Shown here in pieces: positions 20,777-29,855 of a stretch of DNA of 64,000 nt (positions are counted from its first letter, which is position 1; every line of letters begins with the position of its first letter). This DNA comes from Candidatus Bathyarchaeota archaeon. GTDB taxonomy: Archaea; Thermoproteota; Bathyarchaeia; 40CM-2-53-6. The notes under the pieces are model-generated. The model was not told the origin of the DNA and ran no database searches. It saw only the letters and a list, made by a program, of their open reading frames with translations. Position numbers and translations under genes: made by a program. The stretch is taken from the NCBI GenBank assembly GCA_963733055.1, contig CAVTBR010000003.1, positions 608,001 through 672,000 of the forward strand, in the 5' to 3' direction.

Positions 20777-20868
20777 GAACGATTCACTCTGTTGGCCGTC
20801 AGGTTTTCATGCCCGTTCTAAGCTCTTTCGGTTCCACGCCCAGAAAAGAATAGCAGGAGCAGGAATGT

Positions 20869-21634
20869 TTGGAGGCACTTCGCAGTTGACAATGTGGTAA
20901 AGAGCTTCGGCGGCCTCCAGGCCGTCAAGGGAGTCAGCTTCTCCGTCGAGCGGAATCAAATTCTTGGACTTCTGGGCCCGAACGGTTCGGGAAAATCAAC
21001 CATCATGAAAACCATCGTCGGCATCGTCAAACCCGACGGGGGCAGCATTACAGTTCAGGGCTTGAACGTCGCCGCCGACCCAATCGGTGTGAAGAGAATA
21101 GTTGGTTTCGTACCCGAAAGCCCCAGACTGTACGAATTCCTCTCCGGCATCGAATACCTCGACTTCGTAGCAACCGTCCACGGACTTAGCGCGGATGTAA
21201 AACGTGAACGAATTACGGAATTTCTGAAGGCATTGGATTTGGAGGGTAGGGAGAATGAACTGATACACGGTTACTCGCAGGGGATGAAACAGAAGCTCGC
21301 AATAATCGCTGGGCTACTGCACCGCCCAAAAATACTCATCCTCGACGAACCCCTCAACGCCCTAGACCCACGCAGCGCGCGGATCGTCAAGGACCTCATT
21401 CACCGCCTGAGGGACGACGGCGTACCAACCGTCTTCAGCACCCACGTGCTTGAGATTGCCGATGCGATTTGCGACCGGATAGTGATCATGTACGATGGCC
21501 GAGTGTTGGCGGAAGGAAGCGCGGGTGATTTGAGGTCGAAAGCCGGAACGGCGGGTTCAAGCCTTGAGGAAGTTTTCCTGAAATTAACTGGAACATCGGA
21601 CACGAGGGAGATCGTTGAGGCCTTGACGCGTTGA
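20869..21634 (+). CDS. ABC transporter ATP-binding protein
   Basis: GPNGSGKST, YSQGMKQK, LDEP, STH; the true start is probably TTG 20869 with one extra T at ~20880 (MEALAVDNVVKSFG); the ORF track starts at 20894. Confidence 0.92.
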
Positions 21635-23253
21635 ACCTGAAGGCGGTCTACTCACTCGCCGTCGTCCTCACCCGATCACAAATCCGAGGAACACAACGCA
21701 ACAAATTCTTCGCCCGAGTCTTCGGCGAACCACGAATCATCCTACCAGTCGACATTGCATTGCTATTCGGATTAGGAGGCCTAGGCTACGCTCTGCTCTC
21801 AACAAACGGCCGAGGTTTGTTGGATTTTCTGAGGCCAATTGAACCTGAACTTCTCGCAGGCATCCCGTCGGCGATAATGTTCATGGCCATACTCTTCGGA
21901 GTCCTATACGAAATAAGCCAACCCATCCAATCAATGAACACAGACCTCGTGAACTGGCTGCCCATGACACCAATGGAGTACGTTGGCGGCTCCACAATCT
22001 CTGAGTCCTACATCTACTCATTCGTCTTATGCCTCTTTCTAGGCGTCGTGTTAGGACCCGCCCTTGCGTTGGGCATGGGTTCGGTTTGGATCGCGGCCGC
22101 ATTTATGGCGGTAGTCGCTCTGTTCGCGGGAGCTGCTATCGTTGAGATTCTGGACGCTACAACCAACAGGATCTCCTCCAGCTTCTACAAAAAGAGTGGA
22201 CGTTCGGGTATGGTTTTTCGTTTGGTTGCGACGGTTATCTTGCTCGTTTTCGTTCAATTAATCTTCAGCGGCTACGTGGTTGGTTACCTGCTTCAGAGTG
22301 TTATGCAAGCTGCGGTTTCAGCGTGGTTCATCCCCGTCGTCTGGCCCACATTAGCCGTACTGAGCGCTGCTCGAGCAAACCCATTTAATTTCATTCTGTT
22401 CTCCAGCTTCTCTGTAGCCTTCGTGATTGCCTTGTTCGCGTTGGCCGCTAGATTTCGCGCGCACTTCTGGGTCCCAGTCCCAGTCTCGATCAAGCTCAGC
22501 ACCCGCGCATACCAACCCGCCCAATTTCACTTCCCGTTAATCGGAGCGGCTGAGTCCGCGATGATTCAGAAAGATTTTCGGTCGTTGATCAGGAGGCGCG
22601 AGATGGCAAGGTTCCTAGCCATACCATTCGTACTCGCCATCTCAATGGGCATATCCCTATTGCCCCTAGGCACTCAGGCAACGGCCGCGGCCCCCAGTTT
22701 CGGGTTCATCGCATTCCTGTTACTCATGCCAGTCGCTATTTTCGTCGGAGCCCTATCAATGACAAGCATAGGGCAGGAAGGTAATGCAGTCTGGAACCTG
22801 TACGCGGCACCAATCACTCCAACCCAACTATTGCGAGCAAAACTTCTATTCACAGCGATTCTGGGAATACCATTCGCTGCGGCACTGCTCTCCATATTCG
22901 CCCTTTTGTTGAGCACGGTCGGAACCTACTACGAAATCCTTCTGCCGGTCAGCGTCCTCGTCGTGTTAGAAGTCGCTGCGGTAGGCGTTTATTTCGCGGC
23001 GCGGTTCCCCGATTTTCGTGAGATGGTCAGAAGCCGCTATGTAAGTGTCTGGGGCTCACTCCTAGGAATCGGCACGGCGCTTGGGATTTCTTTTCTCGTG
23101 GTCCTGCCGTTGTATCTTTCAATGCTCCTGTTTGGTTCGATACTCCCAGAACTTGCGATTACAAGCCTCGCTGTGGCTCTTGGAATCTTCATCGTCGCAT
23201 TGAAAATAGCGCAGCGCCAAGTCCGACGCTTGTTCCAGAATATTCCTAACTAA
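21631..23253 (+). CDS. ABC exporter permease (multi-TM)
   Basis: Overlaps the ATPase stop; many TM segments; KDFRSLIR and SIGQEG..WNL motifs. Confidence 0.8.
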   Translation: MNLKAVYSLAVVLTRSQIRGTQRNKFFARVFGEPRIILPVDIALLFGLGGLGYALLSTNGRGLLDFLRPIEPELLAGIPSAIMFMAILFGVLYEISQPIQSMNTDLVNWLPMTPMEYVGGSTISESYIYSFVLCLFLGVVLGPALALGMGSVWIAAAFMAVVALFAGAAIVEILDATTNRISSSFYKKSGRSGMVFRLVATVILLVFVQLIFSGYVVGYLLQSVMQAAVSAWFIPVVWPTLAVLSAARANPFNFILFSSFSVAFVIALFALAARFRAHFWVPVPVSIKLSTRAYQPAQFHFPLIGAAESAMIQKDFRSLIRRREMARFLAIPFVLAISMGISLLPLGTQATAAAPSFGFIAFLLLMPVAIFVGALSMTSIGQEGNAVWNLYAAPITPTQLLRAKLLFTAILGIPFAAALLSIFALLLSTVGTYYEILLPVSVLVVLEVAAVGVYFAARFPDFREMVRSRYVSVWGSLLGIGTALGISFLVVLPLYLSMLLFGSILPELAITSLAVALGIFIVALKIAQRQVRRLFQNIPN

Positions 23254-23606
23254 CCGTGCAAGTTTCATCGCGACGCCGAAATTTCTGTGAGGGTTGCGGG
23301 TCTAAGCTACGCTTTCCGTCGGTGCAGGCACAATCTGAGCGGTATCATTCATCTTCATTTTGATTTTGCGTTTCTTAGCCAACTCAAACACATCCTCTGG
23401 AACCGTAGTATCTCCCGGCATGATATTTAACGTGGCTTGGAGGGGAAGTCGTAAAGGGTAATTATATCTCATTTCTACTGGGTAGAATTGAATGGTAAAA
23501 ATCTAATCTTAGGATTCTGCTTTGTCGATAGTATTTCCTTCTGCATCAATAATGCGTGCGCCAGTCATGTTTTGAGTGGGTTAGGGACTGTCGTGGGTTC
23601 ATCAGT

Positions 23607-23653
23607 TGGTGGGCCGGACCGGATTTGAACCGGCGACCTTTGCCGTGCAAGGG
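23607..23653 (-). repeat. att-like duplicate of the tRNA-Val 3' half
   Basis: 47-nt direct repeat of 24571-24617 with 2 mismatches. Confidence 0.9.
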
Positions 23654-23846
23654 TTCGGTTGCCGTAGATGGGATCAGTCTCACACTCGTTGACGTGATCA
23701 AAGATTCGTTCTCAGTATGCCTGATACCACACACCCTCTCAACAACTCTGGGTTGCAAGACTAAAGGCGCCTCCGTTAACATAGAAGCGGATGTGATCGG
23801 CAATTACGTGAGGAAATCCATAGAACAGCTCAAACAAGTATCGTAG
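23649..23846 (+). pseudogene. C-terminal fragment of bacterial-type riboflavin synthase (alpha chain)
   Basis: KGSVAVDGISLT...FSVCLIPHT..TTLG....G..VNIEADVIG.YV; 5' part absent, fused to the tRNA fragment. Confidence 0.85.
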
Positions 23847-23849
23847 CGC

Positions 23850-24356
23850 CTAAAGGTTCTCAGGAAGGCTAAGCTTCTTCCTTCTCCTTGAGGCATAGAT
23901 TCCGAGCAGCAACGCGGGAAGCAGTAATCCTAGAACTGATGCTGTTTCAGGTACTGTCGTGTTTGTCACCGTGATTCCAACGACAGGGTCTAATGTGAAC
24001 GTATCATTTTCAACCACTAATGTCCCAACCCAATAGTGGCCGGGCGTTATGCTGCCTGGAAGTGTTAATGCTACGGTGCCTCCGCTGAGGGAGACGCTTC
24101 CACTCACAGTAGGGACGAAAACTGACCCCCCGGACACAGGAACGATTTCAACGGTTATGCTTGTGGCCCCAGTGAGTGGAACCCTTACCGTCACTGTCGC
24201 TTGGACGGTGCCACCGGGGTTGTAGGTGGTCTTATCGGTGGTGATACAGATGGGCGTCTGAGGACTGGGAGTACATCCAGCGGCCTGAACGACTCCAATT
24301 ACCGTCAATAGTAAGAAGCATGCCAAGAGAACAACAATTGAATTAGGCCTACACAT
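23850..24356 (-). CDS. Secreted Ig-like protein with a PEF/PEP-CTERM-like sorting tail
   Basis: Signal peptide, ITTDKTTYNPG motif, C-terminal VPE-TM-RRRKK. Confidence 0.75.
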   Translation of the reverse strand: MCRPNSIVVLLACFLLLTVIGVVQAAGCTPSPQTPICITTDKTTYNPGGTVQATVTVRVPLTGATSITVEIVPVSGGSVFVPTVSGSVSLSGGTVALTLPGSITPGHYWVGTLVVENDTFTLDPVVGITVTNTTVPETASVLGLLLPALLLGIYASRRRKKLSLPENL

Positions 24357-24570
24357 AGCTTACCATTCCAAACCGTTATCCTCTGAGTTCACTAGAGATT
24401 TACAACTTGTGGAAGTTCCCACATCCCGAACCCTCATCAAGAAGGCGATGTTCAGGTCACTGGTGGATTTGAAGAGAGGGAACTGGATTCCACCGGAAGA
24501 ACGTAATCCTTGAGTCAAGAGGGAGAAGCAATGACCGAGAATCAAAAGAAACGTTCGCCGGTCGGTAAGA

Positions 24571-24667
24571 TGGTGGGCCGGACCGGATTCGAACCGGCGA
24601 CCTTTGCCGTGTAAGGGCAACGTTCCAGTCGGACACGAGTCCTCTAACCAGGCTGAACTACCGGCCC
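24571..24667 (-). tRNA. tRNA-Val(TAC) with a 19-nt intron at 22/23 (24625-24643); CCA encoded
   Basis: Cloverleaf GGGCCGG...TTGCC-CTTACAC-GGCAA...CCGGCCC-ACCA; splice motif GGTT/GACT helix with AG^A and GG^A bulges. Confidence 0.95.
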
Positions 24668-24867
24668 ACATAGTAGCGCTGTTACTCGTGCCCCTAATCT
24701 GCTTTATTTGAGCCCTGTAATATTCAAATTTCGTAGGAATACCGTGAGATCGCAGGTTCAGAGAACGACCGTGACCAATCTGAGAAACGGTTGAGATTTG
24801 GGGGTTATTCGGGTAGATACTTTTAGTCTGGTTCGTGCTCATACGGGAATGTAAAGAGGGATCGAGC

Positions 24868-25122
24868 GTGGTTTTCGCGAGGCTGCTTGCTCATGGGGCG
24901 GAATGCCGGGAATGTGAGACCGTTCGCAGGTTCCTTTCCGACCACAAAATTCCCTTTGAAGAACATGACATAGACCGTGATCACAATGCGCTACAGGAAT
25001 TAGTCGACCGCACTGGTTCGGCTACCCATGTACCCGTCTTAGTTGTAGGAGAAGAGACGTTCATAGATTTCAACGAGGATATCGCAGCGAGCCTAATCGA
25101 TCTAGCCTCCAAATCCAAGTAA
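24868..25122 (+). CDS. Glutaredoxin-like protein
   Basis: CREC, FLSDHKIPFEEHDI and VPVLVVG motifs; start uncertain (24835 or 24868). Confidence 0.8.
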   Translation: MVFARLLAHGAECRECETVRRFLSDHKIPFEEHDIDRDHNALQELVDRTGSATHVPVLVVGEETFIDFNEDIAASLIDLASKSK

Positions 25123-25240
25123 CCCTAACCCAAAACGACTGTATCGAAATGAACGTTGACCATAAGGTGAACATGCGACGCGAAACCTGCTCCCATTAGC
25201 CACACAACGGATCAACCTCTGAAACTCGTCGGGGGAACCG

Positions 25241-25248
25241 TTTTATAG
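25241..25248 (+). promoter_or_regulatory. TATA box of a probably leaderless ilvE transcript
   Basis: TTTTATAG begins 27 nt before the ATG; no SD. Confidence 0.5.
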
Positions 25249-25267
25249 CATCCCTAAACCCCAAACG

Positions 25268-26203
25268 ATGGGAAACGGATTGGGTGCCAAGGAACTCGTA
25301 GTCTACGTAGACGGCGAATGGTTTCCAAAGTCGAAGGCTACGGTTTCAGTCTTTGACCACGGTATGCTTTATGGCGATGGCGTCTTCGAAGGGATTCGAG
25401 TCTACAACGGCGTCATATTTCAATTCAAAGAGCACTTAGACCGACTCTACAGCTCCGCCAAATCCATCAAACTCAACATACCCCTCACCCCTCAGGACAT
25501 GACGGCCGCCGTTGTCGAGACGATCAAACGCAACTCCCTCAAGGACGCTTACATCAGGCTGGTTGTTACGAGGGGAACGGGTGACCTTGGCGTAGACCCA
25601 CGAAAATGCAAACGATCCTCGACCATCATCATCACTGAACCCGTGGACCCGTCGTATGGCGTCATCGCCAAACAGAAAGGCATCTCAGTCATCATCTCTT
25701 CTGTCCGACGGGACGCGGTAGATGCTACTACACATGAAATAAAATCACTCAATTACCTCAATAGCGTATTGGCTAAACTTGAGGCAGCGGATGCTGGCGC
25801 GGACGACGCCCTCATGCTTGACAGAGAAGGCTTCGTATCTGAGGCTACAACAACCAACCTGTTCACAGCTAAGAACGGTGACATCTTCACCCCACCCTCA
25901 ACCTCGGGCATTCTTCAAGGCGTCACTAGGAATCGAATCATACACCTAGCGAAGGACCTAGGCCATACAGTGCTAGAGAGAGGGTTAACCCCCTACGACG
26001 TGACCAATGCCGACGAAGCTTTTCTCACTGGTACTCTTTCGGAAATAGTGCCTCTCGTGAAAGTGAAAGGCATTGAAGTTGGGGACGGTAAGGTTGGGCC
26101 TCTCACGCGGAAGATCATGAGCGCCTTTGTAACCATACGCTCCAACCCGAAGGAAGGTCTCGCAGTCTACCAGGAAACCGAACGAATAATCACCCACCGC
26201 TAG
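25268..26203 (+). CDS. ilvE: Branched-chain amino acid aminotransferase
   Basis: DHGMLYGDGVFEGIR, IKSLNYLN, ILQGVTR, ADEAFLTGT. Confidence 0.96.
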   Translation: MGNGLGAKELVVYVDGEWFPKSKATVSVFDHGMLYGDGVFEGIRVYNGVIFQFKEHLDRLYSSAKSIKLNIPLTPQDMTAAVVETIKRNSLKDAYIRLVVTRGTGDLGVDPRKCKRSSTIIITEPVDPSYGVIAKQKGISVIISSVRRDAVDATTHEIKSLNYLNSVLAKLEAADAGADDALMLDREGFVSEATTTNLFTAKNGDIFTPPSTSGILQGVTRNRIIHLAKDLGHTVLERGLTPYDVTNADEAFLTGTLSEIVPLVKVKGIEVGDGKVGPLTRKIMSAFVTIRSNPKEGLAVYQETERIITHR

Positions 26204-27116
26204 ACCCGAACTTCTTCACCACCTTCCGGAAGATGAGGATGTACTGATGGTGAATGTTCGAGACAAAAGCGTAGGGCATCCCGTACGGGTATAGGTTCTT
26301 GCTATCCTGAACTAAAATCGTAATTCCCTCCAAGGTGAAACCAATCTGCTGAACGGCCTCCGATAGGTCGTTGTGGAATGACACAAACTTTGAACCGTGC
26401 CTGAAATCCGATACGACGATCACCATGTACTTTCCTTGCTTAAGCAACCGATAACATTCACCGAAAACGTGCGTTAGCTGGTCGAGAAAGTCAATATACC
26501 TTGAAGCATTTCCCAGATCTCGAATATCTTCGCTGTACTTTGTGGGCAGCCCCTTGCTCAATCGTTCCCGCTTGGATTTGTGATCTCTCGCCTTGGTGAG
26601 AATGGCCCAGTAAGGGGGACTAGTCACGACGAAGTCAAACGACTCAGAGGCTATCTGCTTCAGAAGCGTCAGGGAATCTCCCTGCAAGATTTTCAGAGCT
26701 GGCTGCTTGCTTTGTACAGCGCCGCGCTCGATAAGCTCCGTTGGGTGAGTCAAGCGAGATCTGCAGATTTTCTTCGCACGTTCAACCCGCTCATTACTGA
26801 TTACTACCCATTTTTCGACCAGTTCTATCCCTAGGCCTTCGCGGCCGGTGTTAAGACAGGCAATCAACGTCGACCCTGATCCCAAGAAAGGATCCAGCAC
26901 CTTTCCTCCTTTCTTAGTGAAAAAGAGGATTAGTTTCTCGATGTCGTTCTCCGCGTAAGTTGCGGGATGCTGTGCTTTGAGTTCATCTCGAGGAGGGGGG
27001 CGGCTTTGCCAAACACTCTTAGTGAACGTCAACCACTCTACGTTACTCAAATCGTTAAGATTGTTCCGAGCATCATAGCGCACTCGCTTCGAGATCTCTG
27101 AGTGTTTCAAGACCAT
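26190..27116 (-). CDS. Orphan DNA amino-methyltransferase (N4-C/N6-A; motif I before motif IV)
   Basis: HPAT, VLDPFLGSGST, GIEL and VVTSPPY motifs; start chosen at MVLKH (the track gives 27170). Confidence 0.9.
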   Translation of the reverse strand: MVLKHSEISKRVRYDARNNLNDLSNVEWLTFTKSVWQSRPPPRDELKAQHPATYAENDIEKLILFFTKKGGKVLDPFLGSGSTLIACLNTGREGLGIELVEKWVVISNERVERAKKICRSRLTHPTELIERGAVQSKQPALKILQGDSLTLLKQIASESFDFVVTSPPYWAILTKARDHKSKRERLSKGLPTKYSEDIRDLGNASRYIDFLDQLTHVFGECYRLLKQGKYMVIVVSDFRHGSKFVSFHNDLSEAVQQIGFTLEGITILVQDSKNLYPYGMPYAFVSNIHHQYILIFRKVVKKFGSSGG

Positions 27117-27260
27117 CTTTTTCGATTTGCCTACCGTTTTTTCCCCCGACGCGAGCGACCACTCCCACATACTAATTCCCGCGAGTTCAAGACGTGTCAG
27201 CGGAGCACCCTTGCTGGAGGCTCGCGGGCGCAGTTGTAAGCTTTCCCTCCGGTCGAACCT

Positions 27261-28085
27261 TTAGTCTTCCCTCCGTCTCCTCAAATTCAAACACATGAGG
27301 ACCACCCACCCGAATGTAACGATGACTGCGAGTGCGAACCTTGGAACAGGTTGCGGCTGACTCTCTTTGGTTGTGGACATCGTCGTCGATTTCGCGCCAA
27401 TTGCCGACATGTAGTAAGCATACGGCACGCTAAGTGGTAGAACGACATTTGTATCCCGGTTTCCCCCAGCAAGTTGATGCAACCCGTAGAGATCAAGGGT
27501 AGAAGGGTATTCGTTCGGATAGTACATGCATAACAAATCCTGGAACGGGCATGATACAGAAGATGGATAGTCTGTCAAACCAAGGGCATGCGCGAATTCG
27601 TGAAGAACCAAGAACAGTGGATCATATTTCGGTCCTTGATAGGTTAGGAGGCTCGTATCAAGGAACACAATGGCGTTGGTTATGTTGTTAGAATCATCCC
27701 ATCGGATGTGTGTGCACCCGTCAATGCCGAATGGGGTTGAAGAGCAGTAGCTGTTGACTGTCCAGTAGTCTGTGAATTCTACCTGAACGTGCGATGATTC
27801 ATTCCCGATGGCAAACGTGTAGGTTTTCCCGTTCGGAAAGTAGGTCGCCCTGAACCACGATTGCGCCTGATCCCAAATCGCAATCGCTCTCACGACAAGG
27901 TCATGAGCAACCGTTGGCGTCGAAGGTATCCGGACGTATATCAACGGACTCGGCCAACTAACCCCGAAGGTTGGGATCCAATACTGAGACTGCGGACGCG
28001 CTTGAACGAAGGGGGTAGTGAAGAATACCATCAAGAGTAGAACAGCGAGATAGAGACGCTTCTCGTTTCGCGACCAACAGCCCAA
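27261..28085 (-). CDS. Membrane-anchored zinc metalloprotease (matrixin/metzincin-like)
   Basis: Signal peptide, HEFAHALGLTD zinc motif, Met-turn-like LCMY, C-terminal TM and basic tail. Confidence 0.8.
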   Translation of the reverse strand: MGCWSRNEKRLYLAVLLLMVFFTTPFVQARPQSQYWIPTFGVSWPSPLIYVRIPSTPTVAHDLVVRAIAIWDQAQSWFRATYFPNGKTYTFAIGNESSHVQVEFTDYWTVNSYCSSTPFGIDGCTHIRWDDSNNITNAIVFLDTSLLTYQGPKYDPLFLVLHEFAHALGLTDYPSSVSCPFQDLLCMYYPNEYPSTLDLYGLHQLAGGNRDTNVVLPLSVPYAYYMSAIGAKSTTMSTTKESQPQPVPRFALAVIVTFGWVVLMCLNLRRRRED

Positions 28086-28271
28086 TTCTACCAGTTTAGC
28101 CTCCCTTTGGAATCGGAAGGATTTGTTCGTTCATCCAGGGTCGTCCTAGGATATTAGCGGGGGCTATCTCAATAGTCTTTGCCACTCAGGCCCATCAACA
28201 GCCGTGGAGTGACGGCGATGTGCTAGGGACATATCGGTCACTTGCCCAGGATAGAATGTGACAAATGAGGC

Positions 28272-28284
28272 GGTTCTGTCAAGT
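28272..28284 (+). mobile_element. IS6-like terminal repeat copy 1 (GGTTCTGTCAAGT)
   Basis: Identical 13-mer at 29294; resembles IS6-family IR consensus GG(C/T)(A/T)CTGT..AAGTT; abuts a transposase fragment. Confidence 0.55.
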
Positions 28285-28285
28285 C

Positions 28286-28549
28286 GATGGCATCAGGTTA
28301 CGGGAAGATTTCAACAACAACAAAATGGAACGTATGAACGGCGAGATCAGGGATAGAGAGCGGGTTATGCGTACGCTAGAGAAAATGGACACACCGATTC
28401 TTGCAGGTATGCGCATCTTCCACAACTACATACGACCACACCAAGCCTTGAAAGGCAAAACCCCTGCCGAAGCAGCAGGAATCAAGGTGAATGGCGAGAA
28501 CAAATGGATAACCATAATACAAAATGCCAGCAAAGAGAAACAGCACTGA
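28286..28549 (+). pseudogene. DDE transposase/integrase C-terminal fragment 1
   Basis: NNNKMERMNGEIRDRE...FHNYIRPHQALKGKTPAEAAGI...NKWITIIQNA; N-terminus and the first two catalytic acids are missing. Confidence 0.88.
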
Positions 28550-29201
28550 TGCACACAGCTTGATCTTTATCGCATTTATTCTACTATTTCTCTTAATACT
28601 CTTGATTGTCGCATTGGTCATAATCTTCGCATATATGTTGACACAAAAGGACCCAAAGACTGGTGATACTCCTTCAATCATTCTGAAAATGCGAAAGTAC
28701 GTACTACTGGCGCTTGGTGTGACCACACTGCTAATCATCAGCTTTGACTTTTACCGAGTCCCCCGTCTTGTCGAATACGGGGTCATCGGAGTTGTGGGTT
28801 TGCTTATTGGAACGTATTGGTTACGTCGAAATGCTGGAACGACTGATATTAGAAAGCTTCACTTTGATACTGACGAGTCGTTTGTTCTGCCACATTCCTT
28901 TGCGAGAACTTGCAAGGTCATCCCGACTGTTGTGACAGGTAACCATTGGAAGCTAGTCGAGAGCAACGAGGATTCAGGAGTCTTTCAAATCAAAATCGGC
29001 ATGAGCAGGAAAACATGGGGAGAAATCATGGTAGTTGATGTTACTCAAGTGAATGCAAAATCTTCCAAGGTCAATGTTCGTTGTAGCGCACAACACCAAA
29101 TCTACGACTATGGAAAGAATTATGCGGACATTACAAAATTTCATACTGCGTTGCTCAAGGAACTAGACTCAGGTAGAAAGGAAAAGGCTGATAATCAATA
29201 G
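28524..29201 (+). CDS. Passenger membrane protein 1 (3 TM plus soluble alpha/beta domain)
   Basis: 225-aa ORF overlapping the transposase tail; C-terminal WGE...V...S....YDYGKN pattern; start uncertain. Confidence 0.7.
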   Translation: MPAKRNSTDAHSLIFIAFILLFLLILLIVALVIIFAYMLTQKDPKTGDTPSIILKMRKYVLLALGVTTLLIISFDFYRVPRLVEYGVIGVVGLLIGTYWLRRNAGTTDIRKLHFDTDESFVLPHSFARTCKVIPTVVTGNHWKLVESNEDSGVFQIKIGMSRKTWGEIMVVDVTQVNAKSSKVNVRCSAQHQIYDYGKNYADITKFHTALLKELDSGRKEKADNQ

Positions 29202-29226
29202 TCCAATGATCGAAATCTAGGGGTTG

Positions 29227-29291
29227 GGTGCCGATTTTATCCAGCTACCAAAACCTAGCCTAGGTGCCGTGAACTATCCGTTACCCCCGAA
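29227..29291 (+). repeat. Conserved ~65-bp element end, copy A
   Basis: GGTGCCGATTTTATCCA...GGTGCCGTGAACTATCCGTTACCCCCGAA; matches 30884-30949. Confidence 0.85.
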
Positions 29292-29293
29292 AG

Positions 29294-29307
29294 GGTTCTG
29301 TCAAGTT
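29294..29307 (+). mobile_element. IS6-like terminal repeat copy 2 (would be the right end of the minus-strand unit)
   Basis: GGTTCTGTCAAGTT immediately after element end A. Confidence 0.55.
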
Positions 29308-29351
29308 GATGTCGGTTACTCATGTTTTTCCACCTTGTCAAGTTTCGTCGG

Positions 29352-29587
29352 CTAGAATTTGCCAAATTCGTAATTAGAAGATGTGTGTTCGTAGAATTCG
29401 AGATAGTCGCATTTGTCACATCGATAGACATCAATCTTCTTTCCTCCGATTTTATGCTCTGCAATTTCCTCGTTTCTCTGGTCAATCCAAGGAATGACGT
29501 GGGCGATGTCACTCGGAACAAGTTTGCCGCCACATTTCGGACAACGCGGTATCTCGTGATCTCGGTTGAAATGAGCTCATAATTCAT
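29352..29587 (-). CDS. Passenger 2: Zn-ribbon protein with a frameshift near 29550
   Basis: ATG abuts the transposase-tail stop; the alternative frame reads RCPKCGGKLVP...IDVYRCDKCDYLEFYEH...stop 29352. Confidence 0.65.
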
Positions 29588-29668
29588 CTACTCCAAACTC
29601 TCCTTTCGAGCGGCGTTCTGTATTAGCGTTATCCACTTGTTCTGCCCTTCAACACTGATTCCTGCTGC
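29588..29668 (-). pseudogene. DDE transposase C-terminal fragment 2 (inverted)
   Basis: Manual translation AAGISVEGQNKWITLIQNAARKESLE*. Confidence 0.85.
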
Positions 29669-29669
29669 G

Positions 29670-29855
29670 AAAGCAGACACACCGATCTTAACAGGCATGC
29701 AAATTTTTCACAACTATCTACGGCCCCATGAGGCTTTGAATGGAAGAACACCCAGCGAGGCTGCGGGAATCAAGGTTGAAGGAGAGAACAAATGGATAAC
29801 CATAATACAAAACGCATCAAAGGAAGGAACCAACGACGATTCGAAGTCTTCATAG
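29670..29855 (+). pseudogene. DDE transposase C-terminal fragment 3
   Basis: KADTPILTGMQIFHNYLRPHEALNGRTPSEAAGIKVEGENKWITIIQNAS; paralogous to fragment 1. Confidence 0.88.

Noticed and set aside
23303-23546. AT-rich minus-strand short ORF (MRYNYPLRLP...VFELAKKRKIK)
   Set aside because: Upstream in-frame stops and no recognisable family; probably decayed foreign DNA beyond the att copy.
23607-23653. tRNA 3'-half copy as a trans-spliced split tRNA, or as tRNA-Ala (it reads TGC at the anticodon)
   Set aside because: No complementary leader, BHB or promoter; it is fused to a gene fragment, and the body is Val-identical apart from two substitutions, which fits an att relic.
23556-23846. 96-aa plus-strand ORF as a real gene
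   Set aside because: It is a chimera of antisense tRNA sequence and a riboflavin synthase fragment.
24360-24842. 160-aa minus-strand ORF
   Set aside because: It runs through tRNA-Val and has no protein-like features.
28150-28260. Left end of the passenger-carrying element
   Set aside because: Similarity to the inverted 65-bp end is too weak to call without an alignment against intact copies.
29255-29587. 110-aa minus ORF and the opposite 86-aa ORF
   Set aside because: Better explained as a frameshifted Zn-ribbon gene ending at 29352; the ORF also crosses the element ends.
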